A stretch of 63,583 bases of DNA, counting the filler, from Octopus bimaculoides (Eukaryota), in the NCBI RefSeq assembly GCF_001194135.2. It is 4 parts of 4 records of this genome, joined end to end, with 100 filler letters (N's around TTAATTAATTAA, not from the genome) between each part and the next. Parts side by side here need not be neighbours in the genome. Positions count along the whole stretch, not along the records: positions 50,051 to 62,050 come from NC_068981.1; positions 62,151 to 63,583 come from NW_026326501.1; 2 more parts are not named here. One strand, written 5' to 3'. A program made the position numbers and the translations under genes. Positions within the stretch are counted from its first letter, which is position 1. Every line of letters starts with the position of its first letter. Under the pieces are notes generated by a model. It was not told the origin of the DNA. It did no database searches and saw only the letters and a program-made list of their open reading frames with translations. Positions 53,096-63,583 of the stretch are shown piece by piece.

Positions 53096-54916
53096 GTCAT
53101 TCCATAAATAATGCGGTTTTTTCAATTGTGTGAACTAAAAGTAGGAGGAGGATGGGATAAAATACCTGCACCAACTTGCTATAAAGGCAGGCAGTAATTT
53201 TACCTTGTTCTTATTCTTACTGCAATTCTCTTGTCGTTTGAACGTTTTGCTAGTGTTTCCTGTGTCATTTGTTGAATTGTTGTATTGTTGCGGTGAGTTG
53301 AGGTTGTTTTGCAGTTGCTTTTGTTAAAAAAACTGCTTATTGCTTTGTTGAAGCAGCTTGTTTTCAATTCCCCACTGCGGGGGAGTTATTGTTATTGTTG
53401 AACTGTGCGGCTGTAAGCCAATTATGTGGGGCGTAAGCCCAAATTTTTCTGTGTTCGGCGTTTTGCCGTAAATTGTGTTTTGTAAAAACAACATCATGGA
53501 ATCGCCATTGAGTTCAATGGAGTCACCAACTCAATTAATCATTGATATGCCTGTTTTTGTAACAGGTGAAGAGAAAAAAGAATCACCGGTGGTGTCGCCA
53601 AAACTGTTAAACTTTGCCGAGGCAGCAGGAAAGAAGGAGAGAAACATCAACACGGATAAAAGTGACTTTAAAAAGTTTATGTCAATGTTAAAAAAGGAGG
53701 GGACGGAAATACAAGTAGCCCCCTCCAATAGAAACAACCGAGAAAGTAAATAGAAAAAGAATTATCAACAAAACCTATAACGTGGAGAAAAAATGAATAG
53801 ATAAAACTGAGGAAAAATTTATCGAAAAAAACATCAGACAGATATGATCGGATATAAGGTATATAACTAGAGGCAAAATATTTGGAACGGTGGAGGTGAG
53901 GTTTACATCAGAGGAGGTGGCCAGGCGGCACGCTTCTGAAATTTTGAGAACCGTAATGTCTTCCGCTTTGTCCTATCATTCGATTTCTTTATATTTTCAT
54001 ATTTTGTGAATTTTAATCTCATATTTATGTTTATAAACATTCGTTCATCTGACTCCAAATCAGATTGTGTTGTCCCCTTCTATGTTGTTCCCTTGTGGGA
54101 AATATAAAATCAACTTATTCTTAGTGCACGTTCTGAACAGTGCAGTTCGATTTTAACAGTTATTTTTCAAAGCTATAATGGAAGTGACAAAGAAGCACAT
54201 TTGGCATATTTTGCTTTATGAGTTCAATAAAGGCAACAACGCAACGGAACGTGCGAGGAATATAAATGCAGTATATGGAGATCGGACATAAGCCAGTATC
54301 AGCTGTGGTTCCAGAAATTCCGAGCCGGAAACTACGGTCTAAAAGATTAGCCTCGTCCTGAAAGTTCTGTAGGGGCTCGACGACGACGTCCTGCAAACCC
54401 TGGTGGAACAAAATTCGATCGTAACTATTGAGAAACTAGGAGAGAAGTGTAGATTTGGTCATTCAACCATTCATCGACACGTGCGTGCCATCGAAAAATA
54501 ACTATCTTTGGTTTCAAGACGAAAGGGAATTCTTCCATCAGGATAATGCTCAGTCAAATGCAGTGAGAATGACATTCGAAAGGCTGGAGCAGTTTGAATG
54601 GCAAGCGATGCCCCACCCACCATATTCGCTGGACATTGCCCCATCTAATTATCGTTTATTCTGCAGTCTTCAGAATCATTTGGACGGGAAAAAATATGAA
54701 TTCTGTAAACAAGGTCAGAACAGTAGCGGGGGAGTGTTTTGCGTCACGGACGAGTGAATTTTGCAATAGGGCTCTTGCAAGTCTCCCAGGTAGATGGAAG
54801 AGCATTGTAGAAAATGAAGGAGAGTATATTTTGGACTAAAAAAGAACTTTGTTTATCTTAATTTTGGAAAATAACAGAAGTATTTAAAAAAATGTGATAT
54901 TTATGGGATGACCCAA
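53092..54916 (+). mobile_element. Internally deleted mariner transposon with a nested insertion
   Basis: TIRs TTGGGTCAT(T/C)CCATAAATA flanked by TA; transposase relic 54178-54839 (HILLYEFNKG HTH; FHQDNA; HPPYSLDIAPSNY). Confidence 0.9.
53220..54113 (+). mobile_element. 894-bp nested non-LTR-type insertion (5' leader, ORF1-like fragment, 3' tail)
   Basis: 10-bp TSD CTTATTCTTA at 53210-53219 and 54114-54123; MESPLSSMESP.. and IRYITRGKIFGTVEVRFTSEEVARRH peptides; 3' end resembles the SINE tail. Confidence 0.75.
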
Positions 54917-54924
54917 TATATATC

Positions 54925-55218
54925 ATGGACTCTCCCGTCGTTTGACGATGTATGAGGGTCCGGCAATTTTTTGCTGAACAACCACACAGATAATTGGTTT
55001 ATAGTGATCAAATTTTCAAATAAGGTCACTCCCTCCATCAAATCATGATTGCCTGTGCAGGTGCACCATGTGCCGCATGCAAGATGACGAAACGATCGGA
55101 GAGAAACGTGAAATGAAGACCTTTGCTCAAGATCACAAAGCAACGCCCGGTCTGGGAATGGAACCCATGATCTCGTAATCATGAGTGCAACACCCCAACC
55201 ACTAAGCCATGCGCCTCA
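54925..55218 (-). mobile_element. tRNA-derived SINE
   Basis: Head TGAGGCGCATGGCTTAGTGGTTGGGGTGTTGCACTCATGAT..GGTTCCATTCCC. Confidence 0.8.
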
Positions 55219-55663
55219 TATATATATATATATATATATATANNNNNNNNNNNNNNNNNNNNNNNNNNNNNNNNNNNNNNNNNNNNNNNNNNNNNNNNNN
55301 NNNNNNNNNNNNNNNNNNNNNNNNNNNNNNNNNNNNNNNNNNNNNNNNNNNNNNNNNNNNNNNNNNNNNNNNNNNNNNNNNNNNNNNNNNNNNNNNNNNN
55401 NNNNNNNNNNNNNNNNNNNNNNNNNNNNNNNNNNNNNNNNNNNNNNNNNNNNNNNNNNNNNNNNNNNNNNNNNNNNNNNNNNNNNNNNNNNNNNNNNNNN
55501 NNNNNNNNNNNNNNNNNNNNNNNNNNNNNNNNNNNNNNNNNNNNNNNNNNNNNNNNNNNNNNNNNNNNNNNNNNNNNNNNNNNNNNNNNNNNNNNNNNNN
55601 NNNNNNNNNNNNNNNNNNNNNNNNNNNNNNNNNNNNNNNNNNNNNNNNNNNNATATATATACA

Positions 55664-55699
<36 letters not shown>

Positions 55700-55959
55700 T
55701 GTATGTATAAGTATGTGTATGAAATTGATATTTAATCTAATCTAGTATATTCCAATTACGGATAATATTTTCCTCGTATCTCGTGATTTCTAATCCTTTC
55801 ATGCAAATCCTACATTTTTATAAATTTCACTTCAGAGGGATTTATATCAGAAAATTATTTGTAACTGCAAAGAGTAACTAATTAAATATGTGTGTGTGTG
55901 TGCGAGAGAGTGTGTGTATGTATACATATATGTGTATCTGTGTGTGTGTGTGCGCGCGC

Positions 55960-55994
<35 letters not shown>

Positions 55995-55997
<3 letters not shown>

Positions 55998-56323
55998 GCA
56001 TATATGGGTACAGGACGTCACCAATAAGAAATACGAAAACAGATGAGTTCAATACGCAAACAACGAGAGAAACAAGTGGAAAACAGGACAAGTAACATAA
56101 AGAACGACCTTTCATCAGTAGTCGGCTGTCTATCTACTCCTCATTTCGAGCATTAAACTATAAATGAGGAGTAGATAGACAGCCGACAACTGATGAAGGG
56201 TCATTCCTTATGTTACTTGTCCTGTTTTCCATTTGTTTCTCTCGTTGTTTGCGTATTGAACTCATTTTTTTTCGCATTTCATGTTGTTTACTGTTGGTGA
56301 CGTCCTGTACCCATATATGCATG
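55995..56323. repeat. Foldback inverted repeat, ~155-bp arms and 15-nt loop
   Basis: Arms 55995-56146 and 56162-56323 are near reverse complements; loop CGAGCATTAAACTAT. Confidence 0.92.
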
Positions 56324-57009
56324 TATATATANNNNNNNNNNNNNNNNNNNNNNNNNNNNNNNNNNNNNNNNNNNNNNNNNNNNNNNNNNNNNNNNNNNNN
56401 NNNNNNNNNNNNNNNNNNNNNNNNNNNNNNNNNNNNNNNNNNNNNNNNNNNNNNNNNNNNNNNNNNNNNNNNNNNNNNNNNNNNNNNNNNNNNNNNNNNN
56501 NNNNNNNNNNNNNNNNNNNNNNNNNNNNNNNNNNNNNNNNNNNNNNNNNNNNNNNNNNNNNNNNNNNNNNNNNNNNNNNNNNNNNNNNNNNNNNNNNNNN
56601 NNNNNNNNNNNNNNNNNNNNNNNNNNNNNNNNNNNNNNNNNNNNNNNNNNNNNNNNNNNNNNNNNNNNNNNNNNNNNNNNNNNNNNNNNNNNNNNNNNNN
56701 NNNNNNNNNNNNNNNNNNNNNNNNNNNNNNNNNNNNNNNNNNNNNNNNNNNNNNNNNNNNNNNNNNNNNNNNNNNNNNNNNNNNNNNNNNNNNNNNNNNN
56801 NNNNNNNNNNNNNNNNNNNNNNNNNNNNNNNNNNNNNNNNNNNNNNNNNNNNNNNNNNNNNNNNNNNNNNNNNNNNNNNNNNNNNNNNNNNNNNNNNNNN
56901 NNNNNNNNNNNNNNNNNNNNNNNNNNNNNNNNNATATATATGCTTATACATATACATTTATATATTTACAAATATTTATTTTTATTATTTATTTGTTTAT
57001 TTATTTATT

Positions 57010-57067
<58 letters not shown>

Positions 57068-58597
57068 TCGAACAGAAGTTTTTGAAATTGAATGTATGTA
57101 GTAAGAATTTTAAAAAATAACGATTTATTTTTATTTCAGTTATAATATTCGTTCACAATAGCTCTGTATGACAGCAGAAAGCAAAATTTATTAAAAAAAT
57201 TAAAAAAAGTACCATTCGAAGCTAGATGGAACAACAAAGAACACTATGTGTGATGCATGTAGTTTTCACTCTGGTTAAACATTAATTAATGTTTTTGTTT
57301 TTATAACATTAATCTTTCTGTCTAGGTTATAGTAAAAAATTTTGCTTCAATATTAAGGATTTCTTGTAAAATCGGAAAACCAACCAGCATTTCATATTCC
57401 TCCGTCAAAATTCAAACATTTCTTCCTTTACATTTTATGGAACTTTCATCTTTAATTATCCTCCTATTCAACCATGGAAGATGGGTCTGTGCTTGATAGA
57501 CATCCGAATTTATTGAGGCGTAAAATCGAAGATTAATATTCAATCCATCACAATCAGCCATAAACTCAAGACTAAATTTCGATTGTAATAGATGTTCATC
57601 AAATAATATCTATATACACTTTTCTACTCTTGGTACAAGGCTTGAAATTTGGAGGGAGGGGCCAGTGGATTAGATCGACCCTCGTCGTCGTAACCGACGG
57701 AGTGCCAACCATTCACCTGATAAAAACGGTTCTGTTTGCATGATGTAATAACTCTATTCAGCAATAAAAACTCGTTTGAAACAACTGTAGTGAATGAACC
57801 AATATCTATCTATTGTTATTTATTTACATATCTATTTACATATCAACGTATAAATATATACATATACACCTAAGTATATAAACGTATATATGTATAAATG
57901 TATTAGCGCATATATATTATATAAAGTATCATATACGTGTGTTTGTATGTACATATATATGTATACATGCATATATGTATACATGTATGTGTACACGTAT
58001 AACTTTATATATGTGCGTCTGCGTATATACTTGCATACATATAGGTATGAGTAAATATTAATGGAAAACAGTTGTATATAATGGCTGATAACTCACCTCA
58101 ACACACCCTAGCCTGTTAAACAAACATTTTACTTTTTTCTTTTTCAGTTTCAGGTCACCCGGCCACACCATACACGCCCCACTTCCAAGCATATTCCTTT
58201 CCTTATAAATACATACATGCGTATTCAAGTTTCCTTTGAAATAAATGGCTTTTTATCTTTGCTGTATTTGTTGGATACATTTTTATTTTCTCAAATAATT
58301 TCAATTCGAGTTTACAAACGTGGCGTGATATGGAAGCAATATGTGATACTATCGTATATCGTGTAGTTGTTTCAGTCATTCGACTGTGGCCATGCTGGTG
58401 CAATGCCTTGAAGGATTTTAGTCGAACAAATCGAACCCAATACTTTATTATTATTATTACTATTATTTTTTTAAAGCCTTGTACTTAATCTATCGACCTC
58501 TTTTGCCGAACGGAGACGTAAACAAACCAACACTTGTCGCTAAGTGTAATAAAATTCAGAAGGCAAATATTTTTATAATATAATAGTGTATATGAAC

Positions 58598-58880
58598 GTA
58601 AAGACAGACGAAATACTGCTAAGCGTTTTGCCCGGCGTGCTAACGTTTCTTATTCCTTTATTGCCCACAAGGGGCTAAACATAGAAGGGACAAACAAGGA
58701 CAGACAAAGGAATTAAGTCGATTAAATCGACCCCAGTGCATAACTGGTACTTATTTAATCGACCCCGAAATTATGAAAGGCAAAGTCGACCTCGGCGGAA
58801 TTCGAACTCAGAATGTAAAGACAGACGAAATACCGCTAAGCATTTCACCTGGTGTGCTAACGTTTCTGCCAGCTCGCGCC
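58598..58880 (-). mobile_element. Head-to-tail SINE dimer (tail-bearing SINE abutting AGAAACGTTAGCAC)
   Basis: Junction at 58650/58651. Confidence 0.85.
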
Positions 58881-59776
58881 TTCCACCAGACGACAATAGA
58901 CGCAGAAGAAAGGCAGTTCTCTCCTACTCACTACTTCACCAGGAGCGATTCCGGAGACAGGACGGGGTAGTGAATCTACAATAAACAAGTACTATTTCTA
59001 ATGACGGTCTCCCAGTACGGCCACAGCCTCTGGTTGAAACCAGTTAGACGATACGACTGTATGTATGTATGTATGTATGTATGTATGTGTATTATAATAT
59101 TTCTGGTGTCCTTGACTTTTCACTCAAGAATTCTTATACGCAAATATATATTCGTATGCGTGCGTGTATGTATAGTGGTGGGGAGGTGAGCAGATGTAAT
59201 CTACATGTAAAAAGACATAAAGTCTTGATAGATTGGTACTTATAAAATGTTTCTTTCGCGTTTTGACAATAATTATTAATGAAAACATTTCCTCAATATT
59301 AGACAGTTCTCAGTGCAAGTGGCTTACAGCTACCCGCCAGTTTGTCACCAAAGAAATGCACCCATGGAACCCGAGAATTTAATGAAATTATTATGTTATC
59401 GCAGTTTTCTTCAGAGTAGCAATTAATTGCAGAGTACATAATTGTTTTAGTGAGATTTTTCTGATGGTTTTTGTTGTTGTTGTGTGTGTGTTTTTTTGTT
59501 TTTTTTTAGTTATAAATTGCAAATTTTCATTGATTTTAGAGTTTTTTAAAATTCTGGATTTTAGATCAGTATTTTCGCCCCAAAAAGAAGAAAAACATTA
59601 CTTTACTATAATTTTTATTTATTTATTTATTGAATCTATATGTTCGTGTTTATTAATCCATACCTTTTTTTTATGCAGTTTTATTTTATTTTAGTTTTCA
59701 TTTATTTTTCTGTTTTTTTTTTTAACATCCTTCTTTCCTGTTTGTTTCGGCACGTGAATATTTCCTTTGAAGTTAC

Positions 59777-59842
59777 CCAGAAAAATATTGGTTGCTACCG
59801 AGAGAGAAGCTTCATTTGTCATTAATGTCATATTAGATATTG
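59777..59842 (-). CDS. Candidate phase 1-1 exon (AISNMTLMTNEASLSVATNIFL), possible stalk of the EGF gene
   Basis: Acceptor TTCCTTCTTTTTTTTTAG, donor TGG|GTAACT, 66 nt open; separated from the EGF exons by an unsized join. Confidence 0.45.
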
Positions 59843-60074
59843 CTAAAAAAAAAGAAGGAATTAATCAAAAAAAAAAATAGTTAATAAGGATTCTCTTATT
59901 ACCCGGTAAAGTTTGTTATAGGTGAGTAAACGTGCAAATGCGTATATTTATGTGCACATGTGTGTACGAATATTTATGTGTATTTATGTGTGTGTAAAAG
60001 ATATGAGTTTTACTGCATGTATATCTGTACGATATTCTTAAGCTTGTGTGTAAATTAAACGTATCCTTTCATTC

Positions 60075-60955
60075 TTTTACTTGCGCCAGTCATTTTACTA
60101 CGGCCATGCTGGAGCACCGACTTTGGTCAAATCGAGCCCAGCGCTTATTCTTTGTAAGCCTAGTACTTATTCTATCGGTCTATTTTGCTGAATGCTTAGT
60201 GGTATTTCGTCTGCTGTTATGTTCTGAGTTCAAATTCCGCTGAGGTAGACTTTGCCTTTCATCCTTTCGAGGTCGATAAATTAAGTATTAGTTACGCACT
60301 GGGGTCGATGTAATCGACTTAATCCCTTTGTCTGTCCTTGTTTGTCCCCTCTATGTTTAGGCCCTTGTGGGCAATAAAGAAATAAGAATCGTTAGCACGC
60401 CGGGCAAAATGCTTAGCGGTATTTCGTCCGTCCTTACGTTCTGTGTCCAAATTCCGCCGAGGTCGACTTTGCCTTTCATCCTTTCGGGGTCAATAAATTA
60501 AATATCAGTGAAACACTGGGGTCGTTGTAATTGACTAGTCCCATCCCCGTAAATTTGTTGCCTTTCACTCTTTCGCTCTTTTAATTGTTTCAGTCATTTG
60601 ACTGCGGCCATGCTGGAGCACCACCATTAGTCGAGTAAATTGACACCAGGACTTTGTAAGCCTAGTACTTATTCTATCTATCACTTTTGCCGAACCGATA
60701 AGTTACGAGGTCGTAAACAGACCAGCGTCGTGTGTCAAGCGATGTTGGGGGCGGACAAACAGACACACAAATATACATATATATATTTATATACGACAGG
60801 CTTCTTTCAGTTTCCGTTACCAAGTCCACCCACAAAGCTTTGATTGGCCCCCATACTATAGTAGAAGACACTTGCTCAAGCTGCAACGCAGTGGGACTGA
60901 ACCAGGAACCATGTGGTTAGTTAGCAAGGTACTTACCACACTCCTGCGCCTAGAA
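60075..60955. mobile_element. Cluster of nested and adjacent SINEs
   Basis: Several SINE heads and tails; tail/AGAATCGTTAGCAC junction at 60384/60385. Confidence 0.85.
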
Positions 60956-60990
60956 AATGTTATTATTTTTATTATTGTTGTTGTTGTTGC

Positions 60991-61036
<46 letters not shown>

Positions 61037-61154
61037 TCTAAGGCTGCTAGCTGGCAGAATCGTTAGCACATTTCACGAAATGTTAGCACGCTGGTCCATG
61101 TGATCAACTCTCCCTTCCCTACTAATTCCAGGACTTGTGCCTATAGTAGAAAGG

Positions 61155-61214
<60 letters not shown>

Positions 61215-61384
61215 TTTATTGTTATTATTATTCTAGTATATGCAGCAGGCTTGACATTTTTAAAGTGCTTGTAGAGTTCATTGACCGTAGTACTTGACCG
61301 GTGCGAATTTTAAAGACCACGAAAAGATGATGATTATAATAATTCTTTCTAATCTAGTCACAATGCCCGAAATTTTTGGGGTAG

Positions 61385-61772
61385 GGACCAGTCGATTAGA
61401 TCGACCCCAGCAAGCAACTGGTACTTAATTTATCGACTCCGAAAGGATGAAAGGCGAAGTTGATCTCGGCGGAATTTGAACTTAGAACGTAAAGACAGAC
61501 GAAATACCGCTAAGTGATTCGCTCAGCGTGCTAACGTTTCTTATTTCTTTATTGCCCACAAGGGCCTAAACAGAGAAGGAACAAACAAGGACAGACAAAG
61601 GTATAAAGTCTATTACATCGACCCCAGTGCGTAACTGGTACTTATTTAATCGACCCCGAAAGGATGAAATGCAAAGTCGATCTCGGCGGAATTTGAACTC
61701 AGAACGTAACAGCAGACGAAATACCGCTAAGCATTTCGCCCGGTGTGCTAACGTTTCTGCCAGCTCGCTGCC
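61385..61772 (-). mobile_element. Head-to-tail SINE dimer
   Basis: Junction at 61541/61542, same register as 58650. Confidence 0.85.
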
Positions 61773-61964
61773 CTTTTGTAATAATGACGATGTTCATGAT
61801 GATGATGATGACGCTGATGACGATTACGACATTGATGATGAGGACGACGACGACGATGATGATGATGACGATGTTGATGACGATGCCCACAACGACGGTG
61901 ACGATGATGGTAATGATAATGGACACGATGCTGCTGCTGCTGCTGATGATGATGATGATGGTGG

Positions 61965-61996
<32 letters not shown>

Positions 61997-62784
61997 ATGG
62001 TGGTAGTGGTGGTGGTGGTGGTTGTGGTGGTGGTCGTAGTGGTGGTGGTGNNNNNNNNNNNNNNNNNNNNNNNNNNNNNNNNNNNNNNNNNNNNTTAATT
62101 AATTAANNNNNNNNNNNNNNNNNNNNNNNNNNNNNNNNNNNNNNNNNNNNTTGAATAATTCACCTTTGGAAAGATGGGTGTTTTGCTCAACATCCTTAAA
62201 TAAACCTTTATTTGAGGACCTTTTGAGTGGAATGGGCTTCTCGACCTAGAGAAAACTCTGAGTAGGCCCCACCTGCAAGGTCACGAATTGTTTATCTAGA
62301 TACAAGATCATCATGTTGCGTACATATGATTGTGATGCATGTGCCTGGTGTACCCTTATCAGACGAGTAGTNNNNNNNNNNGATGCATGTGCCTGGTGTA
62401 CCCTTATCAGACGAGTAGTCATGATGGGCATGTTGGGCTTTATACATTTGTGCTCCAGGGTCACTTTGATGGCATGCCTTGCTCTCTCACTCAGTAATAA
62501 TGATAATAAGCTTTCCTAATGTAGGCACAAGGCCAGAAATTTTAAGGGAGATTTTGAACTTAGAATGTACAGGGCCAGAAGAAAAGCTGCTAATCATTTT
62601 GTCCAACATGCTAACAATTCTGCCAGCTCACGGCCACTTGATTGATACTTCATTTTATTAATCCAAAAGGATGAAAGGCAAAATTGAACCTCAGAAGTAT
62701 TTAAATTTAGAATGTAAAGAGCAAGAAAAAAATGTCACAGAGCATTTTGTCCACTGTATTAGAATGAAAGATTTCGGCACTCAC

Positions 62785-62935
62785 CTCTTTGGTGGCATTT
62801 CCGTCCAAACCATCCTGTTGCACAACCTCTTATACAATAACCAGTTTGTTTGTCACATNNNNNNNNNNCTTATACAATAACCAGTTTGTTTGTCACATGG
62901 TTCTCTGTTTTTACATTGACCACATTTTTTAATTC
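62785..62935 (-). CDS. EGF/laminin-EGF-like repeat exon (GIKKCGQCKNREPCDKQTGYCIRGCATGWFGRKCHQR), interrupted by a false gap
   Basis: Acceptor TATATCTTCCGCAAAG, donor AG|GTGAGT; removing the 30-nt overlap duplicate and 10 N gives 111 nt, phase 1-1. Confidence 0.85.
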
Positions 62936-63538
62936 CTTTGCGGAAGATATAATAGCCAAGCGGACATGTCGTTATACGATAACGAACATCAGGTTTTACC
63001 ACAATTTTATTTACTGTAAATAATAATTAATAATATTTGTGTCAGTAATGAAAATCTACAAATTAAATATCAAAACAAACTTTATTATCAAATATTGCAG
63101 ATAATCCAAGACTTTGAACTTTGACACAGGATTTCTAACTGTTTCAAAGATGGGGATGTAATTTAGGATGTCCTGCCTGGAAATTGAAACCTTGACCCTC
63201 ACCCCATTGGTCAACTTAAAGTAGAAGGCAAGGACTTTAGCTTTTGACATTCTTTTGATGTTTTTTTCATTTACTTTGTTCCAATCATTGGGCTGTGGCC
63301 ATGCTGGGGACACTGTATGGTATTGATTGTATTGATTATCCCTAGTATATAGCTGGTATGTAATTCATTGATCTCTCAGCTGCTCAATACAATGTCAACA
63401 CTGTTGCGACTCTATCTCAGAGCATCAGGAAATATTTATTTAAAGAATACAAGGCTTTCATTCAGGACCCCTGCCATTATGTCTTCTCTCACTGCTTCAA
63501 CCAACAACAATAACAAAACCAGAGATCTGTGTACTCAC

Positions 63539-63583
63539 CTCTTCTTTTGTAACATCTTTGTCCATACCATCCTGTTGCACAAC
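63539..63583 (-). CDS. 3' part of the preceding EGF-like repeat exon (CATGWYGQRCYKRR), truncated by the window edge
   Basis: Paralogous to 62785-62826; donor AG|GTGAGT at 63538. Confidence 0.85.

Noticed and set aside
53475-53753. 92-aa ORF as a host gene
   Set aside because: Lies inside a TSD-flanked insertion within a mariner; better explained as a retroelement ORF1 fragment.
1-63583. CRISPR arrays, rRNA, or prokaryotic/viral operons
   Set aside because: None seen; all tandem arrays lack unique spacers and the context is eukaryotic.

Overview
Eukaryotic, AT-rich, microsatellite- and SINE-dense DNA with many N gaps. The repeat families and style suggest an octopus (coleoid cephalopod) draft assembly; this is inference, not a database match. 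Three 100-nt N44-TTAATTAATTAA-N44 spacers (25520-25619, 49951-50050, 62051-62150) look like unsized scaffold joins, so continuity across them is uncertain. Almost all ORFs in the supplied track are microsatellite or gap artefacts. Genes found by reading splice sites: (1) a complete + strand spliced gene (TATA/Inr, non-coding exon 11131-11171, coding exons 12578-12650, 15983-16120, 17539-17681, terminal exon from 23040) encoding a 117-aa secreted, cationic, 10-Cys protein made of two exon-sized repeats, with no family I can confidently name, followed by a diverged duplicate of its promoter and first exon at ~24.9-25.3 kb; (2) a - strand EGF-repeat gene at the right edge, with one exon broken by a false gap; (3) weaker candidate exons. 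Mobile DNA includes maT/Tc1-like, mariner, hAT, a Merlin-type MITE with a telomeric palindrome, R4-like REL LINEs, a Penelope-like GIY-YIG fragment and many tRNA-derived SINEs. The most novel-looking signals are the Cys-rich gene and its apparent splice-donor switch, repeated insertion of one SINE tail at a fixed site in SINE heads together with a candidate partner LINE relic, and a tRNA-headed element carrying a minimal hammerhead ribozyme.
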